Shown here in pieces: positions 60,666-64,000 of a DNA stretch of 64,000 bases. The position numbers and the translations under genes are program-made. This stretch comes from Antedon mediterranea. Its lineage: Eukaryota; Animalia; Echinodermata. Where the stretch lies: contig NC_092675.1 of assembly GCF_964355755.1 (NCBI RefSeq), positions 23,780,912 to 23,844,911 on the forward strand, in the 5' to 3' direction. Numbering within the stretch: position 1 is the stretch's first letter; each line of letters starts with the position of its first letter. A model generated the notes under the pieces. The model did no database searches and was not told the DNA's origin. It was given only the letters and a program-made list of their open reading frames with translations.

Positions 60666-60999
60666 TGCACTTGTCAATTGTATGACCCACTATAGGACCC
60701 CCAGGAGAGGTGCGTCATTTACAAATAATTACTGACGCAGGGGTGCGTCAAAAAACCTAGATGGTACATCACATCAATGAACAAGGTGTGTCAATGTCCG
60801 TCACTTTACCACCCACCATATCATAAACAACATGGTCACACTCACAGTGCGTCAAAATGGGTGCGTCATGGTCACCTAAAGGTAAGTCACATTTTTGGAC
60901 GCACGGGTGCGTCATGGTATTCAATGGTATGACGCACATCAAACAAATGACGCACCTCTCCCGGGGGTCGTATAGTGGGTCATACAAATGACAAGTGCA
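60666..60999. mobile_element. MITE with ~55-bp TIRs and TAA TSD
   Basis: taa|tgcacttgtcaattgtatgacccactata ... tatagtgggtcatacaaatgacaagtgca|taa; internal gtgcgtca repeats. Confidence 0.85.
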
Positions 61000-61707
61000 T
61001 AAAACAAATACTTATTAATAATAATTAAATTTAATACCAACATGTAATAATTGTATTAACGCCGTGGATAAAAATACGGTACTGTATCCTAACTTCCGTT
61101 TGCTATTACATCATATCAGCCAATGGGGTGCTAAAGTATATATGACTATGGCGTGTGGGACATAATCGTATATGTAAGGACTTTGAATTTGTTTTATAGC
61201 GAAAACAGTGATCAACCGCTTAACATTTTTAGCATCGAAAGTTAGGATATGTTACCGTATCTTTAGCCACGACGTTGTAATATTAATATATTGTTATTAA
61301 TATATGCGGACTTTTTAAAGAATAATGGACCAACTCAAATTTATTTATTGTATTTGTTCCGAGGACACAACAAGCAATGAATCTTGGACAATTTGCTTCG
61401 GGTCGATTCAACCACTTCAATTCACCAGCTGATAACCTGATGGTTGTAAATTATCAAAAAGTACATAAATCATTGAAATAGAAAAAAAAAAATTAAAAGA
61501 TCCTGCTGTGTCAGTCTGTAAAATTGAATTTCTTTTGGAACTTGGTCATCGGTTTTTGTGTCATTTGCTTCCAAAGTGTCTAACCTTCATGATTCCTATG
61601 CCAGCTGGAATTTGAATGATTTTCATTTCAGTTCCATGTATTATATCAATCGCACATAACATAACAATTGGAAATTTTTATCTTGCAGGAACTAAATGTG
61701 AATATTC

Positions 61708-62487
61708 ATGGGTGATGCCAAGGGCCTAGGCCTGCCTCAGGGTACGGCCACAAAAAGGCAGAAAGCTCATGGTTATGTCTTAGTTGTTGGTCAATATCTC
61801 AGGTAATGTACTTTAAGACATCTCACCATTCTTGGGGGAAATGTCTCTTCCCCCCTTTTCAGGTAAACAATCTTGTTCATAGAAATACAGTAGAAACTAG
61901 CCTATTATTTATTGGTGTAAAGTAGTTGATTACAAGCCAGTAAATGAACAGCTGAGTATAATTTCCTATACCACTATATTTCGAAGAGGATGGGTTCTAC
62001 AAGGTAAATTCGGTTCGATTCACTGCTCAGCCATGCAATTGCAACCAAGCCATCATACTTCCAGTTTCAGTGGAGGGCATCCCAAGCATATTCAAATAAC
62101 CACCCAGTAATTTCAAAGTTATCTTGAAATTTTACATGTGGTGAGGCAAACCAGGCTTGACACACTGGTAGATAGCCACAGATGGTAGTAAAAAACAACA
62201 TACTGTAGGCCAGCACATCATTAAAGGGCTAAAAGGGTTTCATTATGTAAGCATTTTCAATCTTCATTTTAATAATAATAATAAGTTTTTTTCCCCCCAC
62301 AGGGACTTGCTTCATGCACAAACTCCAGCATTAGTCAAAGACAGACGATACCATTTAAGAATTTTTAACAAATGTTTTGTTGGAAGAGAAGTTGTTGATT
62401 GGTTAATGTTCAATGAAGGTTTAGTTGACAGGTCAAAGGTTATTGAAATGATGACTTTGCTTCAGAAGAACAATGTTTTCCATCATG
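61708..62487 (+). CDS. DEPTOR: DEP domain-containing mTOR-interacting protein, 5' part; continues beyond the window
   Basis: Exons 61708-61802 (MGDAKG..YVLVVGQYLR) and 62303-62487 (DLLHAQTPALVKDRRYHLRIFNKCFVGREVVDWL..NNVFHH); resembles the DEPTOR DEP1 region as I recall it (VLVTGEQLR..IKDRRHHLKTYPNCFVAKELIDWL..IIHHV). Confidence 0.85.
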
Positions 62488-62968
62488 GTATTTTGAGCAT
62501 TATTATGTTTCTTGTTAAATTTTCTGCTAAAGTACTACTGTATAAATATATAAATTGAAGGCCATCTCACATAGTTAATAATTATAAAACTTTTTTTAAA
62601 CTTTCACAATAGAAGGCATTGTCTCATATGAAACCACAAAATATCATATTCACCACATTTTTGGAATACACAACACAATTCTCACGAAATGTAGTGTTAA
62701 ATTACTTAAATATTTCTAAATAATCAGCTTTTATTTAATAATAATTATCTCTTCTTAATTAGAAAATTATATAAATTTGCATCTTAATCTTTATGAATCA
62801 TATTCATGTACAGTATCTATAAGGAAATACTTTATTTAGAATGTTTGGGAATTCCCCCTTTTTTACATACCTTAAAATGAAAGAGGATACTTTAGTTCTT
62901 TCCACAGGCAAACTTTCAATTTCACAAAAACCAGCACATAATGAGAAAACTTGAAATCCTAAGTCTTA

Positions 62969-63130
62969 AGACTTGTTTACACTATCAAAGTTTATAAGAC
63001 AAAAATAATGATGTGCCCATATATATGGACATGATGATATCATACCACTATCTTGTTTGGGCATATCACTACCATATTTGGGCACATCACACTTTTTTTG
63101 TCAAACTAGTTTTATAGTGAAGACAGAGCT
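62969..63130 (+). mobile_element. Short MITE family, copy 3
   Basis: tttacactatcaaag ... ttttatagtgaagacagagct; same interior as 43702-43879. Confidence 0.8.
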
Positions 63131-63437
63131 TTAAACAGAGGTTGTACGGCTGCATAACTTTGTTGTTATACGAATGGGAAATCTTTATGTTGAAAAGAAG
63201 AAGTTGTCCTGATAAATCCAAGCTTGTTCCTTACTTAATGTGCTGTTTTACTAAATGCTCTTCAGAAAAACAATACAGTACTGTTTAAAGTCCTCAATGG
63301 AATATGAAAATTGATTTAAATGCAGCTAGATTTTCAAGACATATACCTTTTCAATTACTTCCGTCTCATGAAACTAGATTGAAGTGAGTCAATCAACATG
63401 ACAAAAACAACAAACTTGTCATATATATAAATTATAA

Positions 63438-63796
63438 AGATGTATTGTCCCCAAAAACATGAAAAATTAAGATTAATTAGATCAGAATTTGAATATGTTA
63501 TTTTGTAGTTTAATAAAGTTAATCACTTCCATAGAAAAAAAAAAGAAAAAAATATGATGTTTTCACTTATAAAATGACAAAATAAATGGTTAAATTCAAC
63601 CAAAAATCCATTGGCTGGCAGCCAATTTGACCATTTTTTGCTTTAAATTACATTTTTCCAGGTAAATTCCTTTTTTCTTCCGATCTACTTTTTGGTCAAA
63701 GTGTATATATATATTGAATATAACTATTGTGTTATGGAATGGCATATTAAAAAAAAATTGTTTTAAGAATAATTTTTTCAGGGGGACAATACATCT
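63438..63796. mobile_element. Kolobok-like MITE, followed by a partial duplicate of its interior (~63834-64000)
   Basis: ataa|agatgtattgtcccc ... ggggacaatacatct|ttaa; atccattggctggcagcc...tttaagaataat is repeated after the element. Confidence 0.85.
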
Positions 63797-64000
63797 TTAA
63801 TTGAAAGCGCCATAATAGTTTTATCTTAAATTATCCATTGGCTGGCAGCCAATTTGACCATTTTTTGCTTTAAATTACATTTTTCCAGGTAAATTCCTTT
63901 TTTCTTCCGATCTACTTTTTGGTCAAAGTGTATATATATATTGAATATAACTATTGTGTTATGGAATGGCATATTAAAAAAAAATTGTTTTAAGAATAAT

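Noticed and set aside
50893-62487. Functional link between the Kelch adaptor and neighbouring DEPTOR
   Set aside because: Adjacency alone is not evidence in an animal genome; known DEPTOR turnover is via SCF-betaTrCP.

Overview
AT-rich, intron-rich animal genomic DNA (invertebrate-like; the taxon cannot be fixed from the sequence). Most ORFs in the track are spurious or are single exons. Manual GT-AG splicing gives six genes: two tandem minus-strand GMC oxidoreductases (copy A runs off the left edge; copy B is complete, 15 coding exons, ~574 aa); two tandem minus-strand VWA7/G7c-like genes with 9 matching coding exons each (Het-C/Zn-PLC-like N-domain + vWA + beta-sandwich region), both with a C-terminal transmembrane helix but very different tails; an intronless BTB-BTB-BACK-Kelch gene with an MGCC acylation motif; and the 5' part of DEPTOR. 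Non-coding DNA is full of non-autonomous elements, including a resolvable five-element nest in one VWA7-like intron, two Helitrons, Kolobok- and Harbinger-like MITEs, a LINE 3' end, Penelope-like ends with hammerhead remnants, a tRNA-Asp(ATC)-like sequence, and apparent transposon excision footprints (TACAGTA, possibly TAGGCCTA). All coordinates and alignments were made by eye.
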